A stretch of 64,000 bases of DNA, taken from assembly GCA_025594325.1 (NCBI GenBank), contig JANHCV010000014.1, positions 682,001 to 746,000 on the forward strand. Direction: 5' to 3'. The position numbers and the translations under genes were made by a program. Positions 34,505 through 47,005 of the stretch are shown piece after piece. The stretch comes from Blastocladiella emersonii ATCC 22665 (Eukaryota; Fungi; Blastocladiomycota). Position 1 is the stretch's first letter; every line of letters starts with the position of its first letter. Below the pieces are notes generated by a model. The model had not been told where the DNA came from, searched no databases, and saw nothing but the letters and a program-made list of their open reading frames with translations.

Positions 34505-35748
34505 ATGAATCATGCACACCCACGACAACAAGCAGCGGAGCAATCCTCGCAGTAGCGCTCGAGGCGAAACTCGCAGGAGCGTCCCGCTGCGCCTCCGAAG
34601 GTTTCTCAGGGACAGCCGGCTCAACTTCTACCAACGCTTCCCGTCGAAATCATTGAGGCATCATGCTCTTTGATGCGAAGCGCTCGTGCTGTGGGGTCTC
34701 ATCGCATCGCGCAAATTGTGTGTTGCGGCGGGAGTCTGGTCCTGGCCTCACCACCAGCTTTGTTACCCAAAGAGCTGCGGATCAGTGTAAGATTACCCGG
34801 CGGCAACTTGTAGCGGCAAAGGAGGTCCGGCGCTACATGGCAGTGCTACAGTGCACCCCGGCCCTGCGCGAGTTTGCCTTCAACTACATCCCGCGCACGT
34901 CGGCGTTCCACATTGTTGCCGACGACCGCGCGGACCGACTGGAAATGGCCATTCGGTATCGCAAATTTACGGCGCTTTGTGACCTCAAAGATGTTCTCAA
35001 CGAGCAGCTCCAGTATGCGTGCGACGCTTCCCTCTGCAGCATTCTCAAGTTTCTGTTGCTGACTCCATACCTCGGCCTCGACCCTTCTCGTTTCCTCCTG
35101 GATGCGGTCGAATCCGGAAACATCACCGTAGTGCGGCTCATTTGACTGGTTGGCTACGCTCCGGGCGACTCAGATGAACAGGTACTCGATGAAGCGACGG
35201 ATGCTAACCAAATTGGGCTCCTTGACGCGCTTGAGGCGGATGGGATCTTTGACACCGCCTCAATCACGAGCATCAACGGATGCGGCGTTTATTTCCATAA
35301 GAATCTGGACGCTATGCAGTGGTGATGGCGGCGGCGCGACAAGTTCCCCGGCCTCACATTTCCCGGGCTTGAGGTTGCACTCAGGCTCGCCAGCGAGTCG
35401 GGTCAGTTGTCCATTGTTCAATGGATCCTCCAAACGGGCCTCGTCAAGTCGATTCCCGACTTTGATCTCCACGGTTTGAGCGACGGTTTGGCCACGCTCG
35501 ACAATGTGAGCAAGAACAAGCACATTGCGATCTTCAAGGAGTGGCGCATGTTGGGCATCAAGCTCGACTACACTTCATTTGCCCTTGACTACGCCAGCGC
35601 TCAAGGCCACACTGACGTCGTCGAGTGGTGGCTCAGCTCGGGACTCGAAGTCAAGTACACCGACAACGCCTTCCGCGCGGCCAACGCGTATGGACATGAT
35701 GTCGTGCTCGCGGACTGGCGAGCACATGGCTACAAGATTCGCGTTTGA
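34505..35748 (+). pseudogene. F-box/ankyrin-type tandem paralog, multiply disrupted
   Basis: TLPVEIIEA, a frameshift at ~34660, stops at 35143 and ~35325, and the C-terminus ALDYASAQGHTDVVEWWLSSGLEVKY...WRAHGYKIRV. Confidence 0.75.
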
Positions 35749-35851
35749 GCCCGCGACTGCGGTTTGTCCTCGTCCCTCATTTTCCCAGTTTGTTCAGAAT
35801 ACACAATTTGGAGCACAGGTGTCGTGTATAGCGGGCAGCTATCGTGAACAA

Positions 35852-38448
35852 TCATGCACCATCAGCTGGCAGCAATTGTGCTGCATCTAGCCCGCGCCAA
35901 ACACACGCGTCGCGAACAGACTCGCGGAACTCGGTCGTAGCCGTCGTAGCTACAGCAGCGGTAAAGATTTCAGCCAGACTTTCGCGTGCCTCGACAGCAA
36001 TCAACTCATCGCGCTGAACCCGATCGAGAACCATGCAAACCGCAGCCAGTAACCAAGCGGGCGTCCGAACACCATCAAGCGCGCCGCGCGGAAGCATTCG
36101 CCAGACGTATCGCGGGCTCGAGACGATGACACGCATGAAGTCATCGGCAAGCAGAACGGGATCTGCGCGGTGCAGCTGTTCAATGATCCACACCAGTTCC
36201 AGTCCGGGTCCGCGTGTCCCGCCCGCAAGTTCGGCGCGGCGTTGTTCGTCGGCTGCGCGAAGCACATCGTGCGAGAAGAGCAGGTCGCGCGCACTGTTGG
36301 GAATAGATCGGCGAACGAGTTTGAAGTCGGGAATTTTGGTCAAGAAGATGTGAACCGCATACTGCCACGGCGCCCAAGTCGGGTCAGGAAGGTCGACGGG
36401 CGGAGTATTCTGGATGACAGGGCGGGGGCGCGGTCGAAGCTCAACGTGAGTCGCGGCCAGAACAGGAATCGTGGGAGCAACGGTCAAGGAGTCGGTCGAG
36501 TAAACCTTGAGCGAAAGCGATTTGAGGTACGCGTTCATGTTCCAGTACAACTCTCCGAACCTTCCAGTTCGAGTCGCGGGCAGCAATAGGAGGAACAAAT
36601 ACCAGTGCGCGATTTGAAGCGGCTGGTTCCTCGACTGCAGTTGCGCAAGACGGTCGATTGTCGCTGGCGCGGTCCGCGGGTCGCACAATAACGCGATGAG
36701 AAGCGGGACCGAGTCGTCCGGTAAGCCCTCCTCGAGCCAGTGTGTGCGGAAGCCAGGATTTAGACCGCGTGAGTGCAAGACCATGTGTGCTAGACCGTAA
36801 GTGTCAAGGAACGCGACGATATCGCTTAGCACACCAGCTTGCTTGAGCGCTGAAAGAACTGAGCTGTTAAGGAGGGTGCTGGGATCGAGACCCACCATCA
36901 AAGCCTGTGTCAGGAGCGCGGTGGTATTGAAGACGATTGCTGAAGCGTCACTAATAGTTTGGGTAGAATTAGTGTAACTGCGTTTGGTGAAGACCGTTGC
37001 GTAATTTATCGCTAACAGTGGAGAACGAGTGTTACTCTTTGAGCGTGGTTTTGGGAAGCGGGAAAAAGGACGCACCACTTGTGAAAACTTCTTGTAGCTC
37101 GCTTGGAACCACGAGAGTAAGCAACCTCGTCACGTCAGCCTCACTGACCTTGATCGCGATGAGCAGCATCCGTGCAACCTGGTTTGTTCCAAGCATACCA
37201 CACTCAAACAGCTCGAACAAAATGCCGCGGTGATCACCAAACGTGTCCGCCGCGAGAAGCCGATTGAGTGCAGACTCGTCACCACCAAGCATCGCCGTCG
37301 CAAGCTTCGATTTGTAGTACGAGTGGTAAGGCGGGCGGTCAGAATAAGTATCGAAGCGACGGACCACCTGAGCGGTGCATTCTGGGCTGGCTTGATTTAC
37401 GACATGGACGGCAAGCGAAGGCATCACTTGGCGGTCAAGCAATTCGCCGTTTGCACCAGCAAACCATGAGAGAGTATTAATCACAAGCTCGGCCGAGAGG
37501 GAGGAATCACACGCGCGCTCAACGAGGCCATGGAAGGGAAATCCGGCAAACATCTCGCGCCGAACTCCGTACTTGGGCTGCTCGAGAAGTTTGAGGACCT
37601 TGGGGCGCCACCATTTGAGCGCGGCGAGCACGAGAAAGCTGAAAAAGAAGGGCGGAAGCCGGCCGGAATGCGCCTCGATATCCTCGGCGTAAGGTGTGTC
37701 CCAAAAGAGCGCGTTGACTTGCTTCTGGAGGCGCCAGTCGACGTCCAAGAACGACCACGTGCAAATCGAGAGCGAGTGTGACGCGGCGGGCTGCTGCGCA
37801 ATGGCATCGAGTACAAGAGTAAGCTCGGGAATTCGGCCTTGTGCAAGGAAGTAAATGGAAAGCTGGCGCATAACAAAGAACTGTGGAACAATTGCATAGT
37901 CTGGGTCGTGGAGATCGTCGCCCTCCTCGAACGCCAAGTCAACCTTAATGGCCCACTGAGCAAAGTCGTTGTCCGGAACGGTGTCGAGGGCCTTGTTGGA
38001 GAAGCGAGCAATTAGTTGGGCGACGGTCGGCTCGTCAAACACGTCGACGGATGGCAGCCAGAGGGCCCGCTCGGTCTCACGGTACCATGCGGCCGTCCGC
38101 TCACGGCAAGCAAGGTGGCATAAATATTGATAAAACGGTGTGGCGTGGCGCAAGCTGATGGGTGCTCCGTATTCGCCCCCAGTACACGGACACTCGTCCT
38201 CGTCGCACGGGTGTAAGCGACCGACCTCACGCACACAAGTCGGGGCGCAGCATGTAGGTCAGCCGCCAGAACCACTGAATGTCGGATTCGGACGCAATCT
38301 CAGCAAAGCCGCTTGTGGCAAGCGGGACGGCGACCCGAGGCACGGCCAGCCGCAGAACATGCCCGACCAGTTCGGCGGGCAGATCCGCAAACTGGAGTGC
38401 TTCACATGGTCCAATAACGTTGCATGAAGTCATTTCATTAGATTCCAT
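35852..38448 (-). CDS. Large F-box-like protein B (divergent; one apparent frameshift near 38240)
   Basis: FADLPAELVGHVLRLAVPR. ORFs 38227-38448, 37032-38234 and 35852-37078, the last two joined by a probable intron at ~37070-37015. Confidence 0.6.
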
Positions 38449-38600
38449 GGTGTGCGAGTCCTGTAAAGAGGGAGGGCGCTGACTGGGCGCTGACGCGTCG
38501 AACGTCGCGGTTTCACATCGGCCGCCACCCCAACGAACGCGCGTCGCTCGTTCTGTCTCCCTGAGACCGTCGATGACGAAGCATCACGAAACCACACTCC

Positions 38601-40738
38601 ATGAAACACTCCATGCAATCCGTCCACATGCCGCCGGCGCTGCGTCCCGGCCATCTCCCGACGGAGCTCGCTCTCGCCGTGGTCCAGCTTGCACAGCCTC
38701 GTGCCGCGGTCGCGTTGGCGTCGCGCTCCCTCAATCGCTTGGTTTGCGACACGGTCGTCCTTCACGCTTAAATCTTGTCGGTTGTTGCCTCGTCGTCCAG
38801 CGGGACTGCATGGGAGGCGCTCTGCTTGACACTGTTTTCTTCGCGGGCAACAAGGCTCAGCGTGCGTTGGTCGTTGCGGCTTGGCGGGCGCGCATCGAAC
38901 CACTGATGCGTGTGCTTTTGGCGTGCGCCAAACGGCGAGCCGCGACGCAGCGCCGCATCTCGTTGCTTGACGATACCGAGCGGCAGCACTTCGATTTTCA
39001 CGCGTTTATCGAGTGCGCGCAGTTTGCACCGCCGAACCAGCTCCTCCGCTATCCGCGTGTCGTGCATCTTCTTGTTGCAACGCGCGCGGCTGTGACCGGT
39101 TCCCCGCCCTCCTGGAGGAAACCCTTGCGAATATCCGGTCCTACATACTGGCTAGACCTCCTGACGATCGCCGTCCCGTGGCCGGAATGGGCATTTGCCT
39201 ATTTCGACCCGTCTTTTCCATCCGACGAGGATGTCCCAGATGCCTTTGCTTTGCCTCCCCGCCTCGCTTCATCGATGTGCTCGGCTTTCTCGCGCTGGGA
39301 AACTGGCAACACGACACGCTCGAGCTACTCTAGGATCCGCAGTACGGAATCGACCGGAACGCACTTGCCGCCGCTTTCAAGTCGGAATATCCTGCCACTT
39401 GGGCGTTTGACCACTTGGAACGCTGCGTCCTTCCGTACAGGATTGCGGCTGCAATCGTTGTGTGGCTCTACGCGCATGGCTGGTCCAACACTTTCCTGGA
39501 CAAATCGACGGTCCTTCAAGTGTTTACTAGCGCTTGCCCGCCTGCTTTCGTGCTCGCCTTGGCCCGCGTCCCCGACGGACGGATCAGTGCAGACCTGGAC
39601 GAGTACAGCAGAGACACGCTCATTCGGATCAATCGCCAGGCTGAGTTTGTTTACGAAAACGGGGAACCTGTGAAGAATATCGACATTCTGACGGTTTCGT
39701 ATCCCTTTGGCCAGCTCGGCAACAATTACTTTGCCAAATTGCTTCGCCACGCGCTGCGCGGCGAGCAATTGGACGTGGTCGGGGCGCTTTGCTCACTTTC
39801 GCCTGTGTTTGGAGTTCGGTGGGACGCTATTCTAGTCGATGGTACGTTCAGATGACAGTCGAATCGTCGACCTCGCTCACTCGTAGGAGCGTATGTTCAG
39901 CAATTATGGGTGAATGCCGTGCATTAGAAGTTAGCGGCAGAGTTCTTGACGGGTTGACCCGCCTCGCTCGCACTACGGGTCGTGCCAACCCTCTTGAGCG
40001 TCTCGCTCCCGATCCATTCAACGATGCCCAAGTCAGCCAAGTCGTTCTCGCTCTGGTTCACTACGAGACGCCGACAACTGACCGACTTGATGTCTTGACC
40101 ATTTTTGCGCGTCTACTTGCCTCCGACAAGCCGCCGATGGCCGATGTCTCGCATGAGATTTCATGGCTGGTCACTTCAACGCTTACGCTTGAGAGTACTA
40201 GAAGGCGTGCGGCCACGATTATCCGGAGCTCACGCGTATCCGCGTCGCTGTTATGCCATATGCTCGCCGCCCACTTCACGCCCAACGACAATCATGACAT
40301 TCCTCCCTTGACCGGGCTCGCCGCTTGTCCTTCCTGTCCGCTTTCGTCCCAAGCCGTATGGCGCAACGCATTCCCCTCAATTCTCGCGCTCGTGTGTCCA
40401 AGCGAGGACCTCGACCAACTGCTCTTCGTTTGCCTCTCGCCACTCAAGCCCGTTTACTGTAAGGCACATCTCCGCGAAGCCACCAATAGCTGCTGCCATG
40501 ACAGTGGCATTTGTACGACACAGTTTATCGTCAACGAAATGCTTTCCACGCATCCGCAAGTTCTCTTGTCGGCCTCCTCAAAGTTTTCTCGCCTGCGTCG
40601 CCAAGTCTGACGCAGTGGATTCCTGACGGCGCGCTCCGCGGTAAGCTGAGTCGTGCGGAAATTGACCGCATTACGGCCGTGACCGTACTGAGATCCAAGG
40701 AACATCATCGGCGTGAGCTTGAGCGGATCGCTACGTAG
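38601..40738 (+). pseudogene. Large F-box-like gene C, paralog of D, multiply disrupted
   Basis: HLPTELALAVVQLAQPR followed by an early TAA. Segments YAHGWSNTF, YPF...YFAKLL and WRNAF match gene D in shifting frames. Confidence 0.7.
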
Positions 40739-40971
40739 GTTCACGCGACGTCGTCCATCCACGCACACACAAAATAATTGGGATTCTACTATGCTGGTCG
40801 TTTTCGCTGCCGCGGTTCGCGCCGTTGCGCAGGCATGTTTCCGAGAGGGTCTCAAGCGACGCAAACCTACGCGTTGAGGGAAATGAAATTGGGGACGATT
40901 GTATTTTGTGCGGGTCCAGCTCTGCTCTCGCGACGCCCGGAAACACTTGTCGGCTCGCAGTGAGCAAGCGC

Positions 40972-43454
40972 TCACTCGACCTCCGCGTTGCTCAAAGCGA
41001 CCGACTCAAGCACCACACTGTTGAACTCAAACGAGTCGGCCGCCGCGGGCGCGACGCGGCGGAACTCGCGAACAATCGCCGCGACCGTGTCCGCGTCGAG
41101 CACTGCCTTGGATTTGCGCACCATGTCCGCGACCCACCACGCCGCGCGAACTTGGTCGAGCCCGCCATCAGGGACAAGCTCCCAGAACGCAAGGGGAACC
41201 ACTGAACTGTACCAGCATGCGGCAAGCGTTGCGTTAAGTTCGCTCGAGGCGAGAAATTCGCATGTGCGGCGGAGCGGCGGGACCAGCGCGGCGCCGCACT
41301 GGGGACAGTTACCATGGACGCCGCTGCTCACGAGCTCTGAATCAAGAAGTGTTTGGAGCCCAGACTGCGGGTCGTGGAGAAGTTTCTCGCGGATCAAGCT
41401 GAGGATGATTCCAGGAAACCAATTATCCGTGCTGCTATCCAGAGTTGCGCGCACAATCTGCTGCACCTTGAGCATCGCATCGAGCCACGACTCGTGGGTC
41501 TGGAGCGTACAGTGTTCAGTTGGTTTGAGCGGGTCCAAACAGTACGAGTTGTTGGACTGCGACAGCTGGCCGTAAATCATGGCCGCAAGGAATGGCGGTG
41601 CGTTGCGGCCGTTTTTGACGCGAGCCAAAGCCGCGTCGCATGATGACGGGTCGGCAATAACAGCCGCCACGACCCACCCGACTGTTTGATAGAATCCCGG
41701 CAGTCCTGTATCAATGAAGGCACGGAGAACCTCCTCGGCAAGACAGAACAGAAGCCAGGGGCTCAGCCGCTGCGGATCGTCCGTTCGGGCAAAGAGCCGG
41801 AACAGAACCGACTCAACAAATCCGATGTCAGTCACGCCGTAACGTCCATGTGAAACGGAGGCGCGCACGAGCTGGAAGACGAAGACGCGCAATGAGCTTT
41901 TGAACTCTTTTTCGTCAAGATGGCGAACAACGAGGCGCAACAAGCAGGTTACATCGCGGCCGTCGCAGTAGTTGTGGACCAGGCTGAGCCCGATTGCTAC
42001 GTTGCGATCGAAACGAATGAGTGAAGCTGTTGAAGCGAGTCAATTTGTCCGCGTACCATTGAAAAGTACGCTTTTAAATCGGGATCCCAGCTGTTTAACG
42101 ACAAACACAGTAAACTTGCTGTCGCCCGCTCCCTTGTCTTGCAGCATTCCCGCACCCAGAAGGTGAACCCAAGCTGTGTCGCTGAGGAGATCAAGCTTGT
42201 CGAGGTATGCAACACAGCCCGTGTCCAAATCATCCTGAGACCAGTGCTGAATGAGCTGTGCAATTGAGTCCAGATCGCCCTGCTCTACGTCCGCCTTGAG
42301 AACTCCGGGGTACTTCTCGGCGGCGTGCCTGAAAAAGAGCGGGGACACGCCCTCGCGCAACAGGTAGAAAGTGACGTGGCTGCTGCTGCGAATGCGCATG
42401 GGAATTGGCTTGCTGGAGCGCAAGCGCCAGTCAAAGATGGGCATGAGTTTCAAGGGCGAACGCGAACCGTTCTGATCAAGGGTTTTGACTGCAAGCACCG
42501 CGAGCACGTTGGCGCCGAGTGAATGGGCAACCTCGTCGTGGTCAAGTTCAAAGCGCGGGTTGCCGAGGACGTGATAACTCTTCTCGCTCCAAGAAACGGT
42601 GGCAAGCAAGAGGAGGTGCTCGAGGAACGAAACGCTGTTGGGCTCGGAGAGTGACGCGTGAGGTAGCCCGGCTGCAGCAAAGTAACGTTTACCCTGCAGT
42701 GTAAGATTCCACCAAAGCGATGCCGGGAGCTGAGTAGCGAGGACAGCGGGAAGGTTCCGCTCAACGATTCGAAGTAGCTTGTCGAGTAGCCCCGCATCGT
42801 TCATTTGCACGGCTGTGGCGAGCACAAGGTAGGGTGCAAGTAGCAGCGGGTGTAAGACGTAGCGGGGTCGGTCAAGGTCGTGCGAAGCTTTGTCGGGGTC
42901 GGCGGCGAGATGCTCGAGTAGCCCCAGCGTCATAGTCCGCCTAAAATGCAGCGGATCGCGGTGCGCGAGTCGACTAAGGTCAAACAAACAGCCGTCCATG
43001 AAGGCGATAAGCAGCTGCGGCTCGAGGCTCGCGATTCCCTCAAGTGGCTCTGCTCTGGCCGCGTCGAATTCAAGTAGGCTTGGTCAAACACGGACGCATA
43101 TTCGAACAAGTGTCGGCCATGGCGCACAAGGTTACATTGCTCAGCAAGATCCTGGTGAACTGAGCGTCGAAGCGCAATCGGCGCCCAGGTACGCGCGACT
43201 CGGGGGTCGCGCGCCGTCTCGGCTAAGCTACGGGTGGCCACGCAGGGCGCAGAACGCGGTAGAGCAAGCTGAAGTATGAGCGTGACGATTGTGTCGGGGA
43301 GCGCGCCGAACTGGGCATCGAGTAGTGCCTTCGGCGCGACGCCACCGTGGCCCTGCTCTGGCAACGACAACAAGGGGGGCGCAGAAGGTGGGGCGACACT
43401 CTCGGGGGTTTCATTAGCCCGTTGCGTAGAGTCTTGTTCCTTCATTCGATTCAT
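40972..43454 (-). CDS. Large F-box-like protein E (one apparent frameshift near 43060)
   Basis: MNRM start and FGALPDTIVTLILQLALPR. Intron at ~42066-41995. CPQCG and PLAFWELVPDGGLD. Confidence 0.65.
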
Positions 43455-43725
43455 GGTTCGTGGACGGGAGAGATGAAGGCGTGCGATCGCCGCGCGAGCC
43501 AAATCGGGAATTCATTTTTGGGCGTCATGTGACCGATGCGAGACGCGTTTCGAGACGCGTTTTGAGACGCGTCTCACACTCGCGCGTGGAAAGAACGCAA
43601 GCCGTCGCTTTGTCCCCTCCGCAATCACCGCATAGCATTCCGAACAGTGACATGTTGTGCTGCATTCCGATGCTCGCGCGTGGGGTCAGACTCGTGGGCG
43701 AATTTGTTCTCTGTGCAGTCGGAGG

Positions 43726-44090
43726 GTAGTGAGCCGGATCGGCCGTGCCTCTCTGGTTCCGGGCTGGCGAGCAGGGTTCGAGTCCCTGTCGCTACTCGTT
43801 CAGTCCACATCAGCAATGCAGGAACCAGGGATGCTAGGAACGAGACGGCTTGCTACCCAGTGGAGCAGACGAGGCTTGGGCCGCGTACGGTGAATGTCCC
43901 GCGACAGACCCACACGTATCATGATTGGGAGCCTAGCGTAAGATCCCGTGGCCAGGTGGTCCTCTCAGACCCAACCCGCAATCGTGGCGAATCCACGGGA
44001 TAGAGGTGTAACAGATCCGTTGCTCTGTGGCAGAGGGCGCGGAGAACACAGCAGCTCCCAGCCCCAAGCACCTGCTTCCTCCTTTTTTTT
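43726..44090 (+). ncRNA. Candidate RNA polymerase III structured RNA with a tRNA-like head
   Basis: Acceptor-like stem GTAGTGA/TCGCTAC, T-arm CAGGG-TTCGAGT-CCCTG (B-box), nested long-range helices, and a T8 run at 44083-44090. No valid anticodon arm. Confidence 0.45.
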
Positions 44091-44412
44091 GAAGTTCTCG
44101 CGTATATGATTTTCCTCTAGTCTATTCATCCGAGGACCGAGTTCACGACTAAATCATGAAAACGACCTCGAAACGCAACGTTGCAGAATTGCCCCCTGCT
44201 GGCGTTGTCACCTGTAAATCAGTTTTCGCCTAGCCACGCGCGCTGAAGCCGATAACAGGAGCAACGTGTTCAATGCAGCGAGTGTAAATCAAAGAATCAT
44301 GTATTCACAAGCGAGTGGCCGTTTGTGCCTCACGGTGCACGTCCGACATTCATTAGAGGTTGAGCGACGCGAGGAAGTGCTCGGCAGAGTTCCGCGACGC
44401 CACGGGCGCGAC

Positions 44413-44625
44413 TGTCACGACGCAGCGTGACAGGTGTGGCGCAACACGCACGCGGACCGCGGCGCAAGCGGCGTCACCGGTTTCCCGTCTCGGACGTGTC
44501 TGTTTGTGATTGATTCATAAGCCGGAGGAGCGGTCCGCCCGGTCCTCGCTCCTCACGGAACAAGACCATTTATTACCCACGTAATACTCGCCCGTCGAAC
44601 CACCCTTGGGACCCTCACCCTTACA
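44413..44625 (+). repeat. 5' LTR
   Basis: TGTCACGAC...CCCTTACA. Confidence 0.95.
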
Positions 44626-46792
44626 CTTTGTTCCGTCACCCCCTCCCCACCGGTGGCAAGACGGGCGACCCGTCGGGCTCAACTCGCAGCCGCCCACGGC
44701 GTCGACAGCAGCTTCCCGGATCCCCAAGCAGTCGTCGTCGCCGCCGAGGGCCCGCCTGCGGTCGCGCCGCGCGGCCGGCGGGCGGCGAGTCGTCGTGGCG
44801 GTGCTCACGCTCGTGGTCCCCCGCCGACTCCACGCGACCCACGCCGAGACACACGCACCATGGTCGACGGTCGGCATGGAGCTAAGACGTGCACCTGTTG
44901 TTGTCGGGCTGTACGGCGCCGAGCCGTGTACGGGGACGTTGGCCGGCCTCGTCGCGCCGAGATGCGCACGTGTACCTGGTCGTCGGGCATGGATTTGCAC
45001 CGAGACGCGCACCTGCGCTTGTCGGGCGACGACGCACCGAGACGTACACGCTGGCGGCGGGCCGTACCGCGCCGAGACGTACGCCTGCAGTCGTCGGGCT
45101 ACGTCGCGCCAACACCATGGGCATCGAGACCGAAGGCATCGGTATCAAGGGATGATCAAGACCACGGGCGTCGTTCGAGACCGCCGAGATCGCGGCGGTC
45201 GGCCGGCACCACCAGTCCACGGGCGCCGAGTTCAAGGGCGCCGAGTCCACGGGCATCGTCGCGGACGCCAAGAACACGCAGGCGTCGCGCGCGGGCGTCG
45301 CGCCTGGACGCCGAGACCAAGCTGGCGTCGCACATGGACGCCGAGACCGAGGGCGTCGCGGACGCCGAGACCACGAGGGCGTCGCGGACGCCGAGACCAC
45401 GAGGGCGTCGCGGACGCCGACGACACGCGGGCGCTGCGCAGCTTCGCTGAGACTAAGCTTGCGCATGCCGTGCACTTCATCGAGACCAAGGGCGCCGACT
45501 GAGCGCCACGATCAAGTGCTTCGAGGCCGCCGACATCGAGTCGTGGCCCTCGTTTTTTCCGATCACCGAGTTCCTGTTCCTCGTCGCGAACCCCTGCGGG
45601 AACGAGTCGCGCAAGATCCGCGGCCATCTCTCGCAGGCCTTCAACAACTACCAGATCCGCTCGACGGCGCCCACTCCTTGCTCCAGACCACCCACCATCG
45701 CCGACGCTGGGCCATGGGGCCGAGGCCGACGAGGGCGTCGGCCGTTAGGAGGGGGATGGGGCGCCGTGCGAAGTACGGCGAGAACACGTCCAAGTACATC
45801 AACGGTCGCGGGGCCGACCGGCAGGCGTGGCGACGGTCCACGGCCTGCACCTCGACAAGTACGAGATGCGCAGCAGCAGAAGATGACCAAGTACCAGCAC
45901 GGGCTGCGACACGGGTCGCAGCAGACGTGGTTCGAGATGTCGCCCGACCCGTATCAGTCGCCCGACACGCTCGTCTCGGACCACGGGCCACGGCACGCGC
46001 CGCGCACCGGCATGGGCTGCAACACGGGTTGCAGCTTTCGCGGTTCGAGAAGTCGCCCGACTCGTAGCAGTCGCCCGACACGTTCGTCTCGATCCGCGGG
46101 CCACGCACGCGCCGCTGTGCTCGGTACTCGCGTTCAAGTTCACGGACAACATGTCGGCCGAGTTCATGGCCACGTCATCGTCATCGTCATCTCCGCCCTC
46201 AAGATCACGTACGGCGCGCCGATCAAGTTCAATGGCGCGTCATCGCCTACACCAAGTTCACGCACGACGTGTCGCTCAAGTTCATGGGCACGTCGTCGTC
46301 ATCGTCAAGTTCACGCGCGACTAGCCGATCGAGTTCACGGGCAAGTCCTCGCCTTCATCGTCACCAAGTTCACGCTCAACGTGTCGCTCACGTTCAAGGA
46401 CACGTCGTCGTCGCCATCGCCATCACCGTGCTCAAGCCGCAGCCGACGCTCGACCGCATCCTCGACCCGCAGCTCGCCTACCACCTCGACGCGTGGTACC
46501 CGATCTTCGTGCTCGTCGAGATGGCCTTCGACATCCGGTGCTGGCTCATGCTCAAGAAGACGATCGACACGACGTCAAGTGCGTCAACGAGACCAAGAAC
46601 ACGTTCCAGTACCCGACCAGTACCCGACCCGACCATCACGTCGCACCTCATGGCGCACCCGATCCCGCGCGAGGTGGCGACCCGACCCGATCATCGCGCA
46701 ACCACGGCGCACGGTCCATCACGTCGTCGTGACGCACCCCGATCCTCGATCCCGACCTCCGTGACGGACCTCGGGGGGGGAGAGGGGGATAG

Positions 46793-47005
46793 TGTCACGA
46801 CGCAGCGTGACAGGTGTGGCGCAACGCGCACGCGGACCGCGGCGCAAGTGGCGTCACCGGTTTCCCGTCTCGGACGTGTCTGTTTGTGATTGATTCATAA
46901 GCCGGAGGAGCGGTCCGCCCGGTCCTCGCTCCTCACGGAACAAGACCATTTATTACCCACGTAATACTCGCCCGTCGAACCACCCTTGGGACCCTCACCC
47001 TTACA
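46793..47005 (+). repeat. 3' LTR
   Basis: TGTCACGAC...CCCTTACA, preceded by the PPT. Confidence 0.95.

Larger units (their letters stand above)
44413..47005 (+). mobile_element. Non-autonomous LTR retrotransposon (2593 bp), probably Ty3/Gypsy-derived
   Basis: 213-bp TG..CA LTRs (44413-44625, 46793-47005) with 2 mismatches seen, a GCGAC 5-bp TSD, and a polypurine tract at 46773-46792. The interior has no intact pol. Confidence 0.93.

Noticed and set aside
43726-43798. Functional tRNA or tRNA-Sec
   Set aside because: No 5-bp anticodon stem with a 7-nt loop, position 8 is not U, the D arm is minimal, and there is no UCA anticodon or long variable arm.
24646-45420. CRISPR-like arrays (44-bp, 32-bp and ~26-bp repeats)
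   Set aside because: These are direct tandem units with no unique spacers, they lie inside transposons, and there are no cas genes in this eukaryotic context.
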